Shown one piece after another: positions 63,862 to 64,000 of a stretch of DNA of 64,000 bases (within the stretch, counting starts at the first letter, position 1; every line of letters begins with the position of its first letter). Under the pieces are notes generated by a model, which saw only the letters and a list, made by a program, of their open reading frames with translations, made no database searches and was not told the DNA's origin. The position numbers were made by a program, and so were the translations under genes. The stretch is taken from positions 35,311 through 99,310 of the forward strand of contig JBDKSP010000023.1 in the NCBI GenBank assembly GCA_039680575.1, in the 5' to 3' direction. The DNA is from Armatimonadota bacterium. GTDB lineage: Bacteria; Armatimonadota; UBA5829; DTLH01.

Positions 63862-64000
63862 TAACCCTGACTCCATAGTTGCTTGCTAACAATTCTACGG
63901 AGTCACAGGGCGAAGGATCACTCCTCCGCCCTTTTTCAATTCACGGGTGGTACAATTTCAGACCGGCCAGTTTGGATCATTTTAGCACCGGCGGGGACAC

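Larger units (their letters stand above)
61755..63999 (-). mobile_element. IS21-family insertion sequence, complete (~2245 bp)
   Basis: Imperfect terminal IRs TGTCAACGCCGGT... and ...ACCGGCGGGGACA with internal repeats; istA and istB. Confidence 0.93.
22473..64000. mobile_element. Composite genomic island; right end not in the window
   Basis: Composition shifts after the PHP gene. LSR at the border; cargo of defence, methylase and mobility genes. Confidence 0.8.

Overview
Bacterial chromosomal window. The host is probably Armatimonadota, inferred from a PEP-CTERM protein and secreted-protein domain style. Bases ~1-22,470 are GC-richer housekeeping DNA: a PyrR-attenuated pyrR-pyrB-pyrC-orf-pyrE-carA-carB operon, a frameshifted PEP-CTERM gene, MarR-iscS, hisH/hisA, prfB with its +1 programmed frameshift, an M28 peptidase, a PHP histidinol phosphatase, and several intergenic palindromic repeats. 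From ~22,475 to the end is an AT-richer composite genomic island. It holds two large serine recombinases (LSRs), two VirD4/HerA-like ATPases, a Dam methylase, a secreted-protein cluster, a Gabija-type OLD+UvrD pair, an amidoligase-GATase locus, a RIT element, an HD/ATPase/unknown/Dcm operon, an iteron-bearing HTH gene and a terminal IS21. Two structures stand out. (1) The Gabija pair lies between two diverged copies of a module made of a 49-bp att-like site, the LSR C-terminal tail and a small convergent ORF, suggesting cassette accretion into the recombinase's own 3' end. (2) The RIT element, with 87-bp perfect inverted repeats, splits a class II glutamine amidotransferase gene at its THNG codons and carries an intact, divergent copy of that gene lacking the CATAATG motif. 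All calls come from motifs read by eye; no searches were run.
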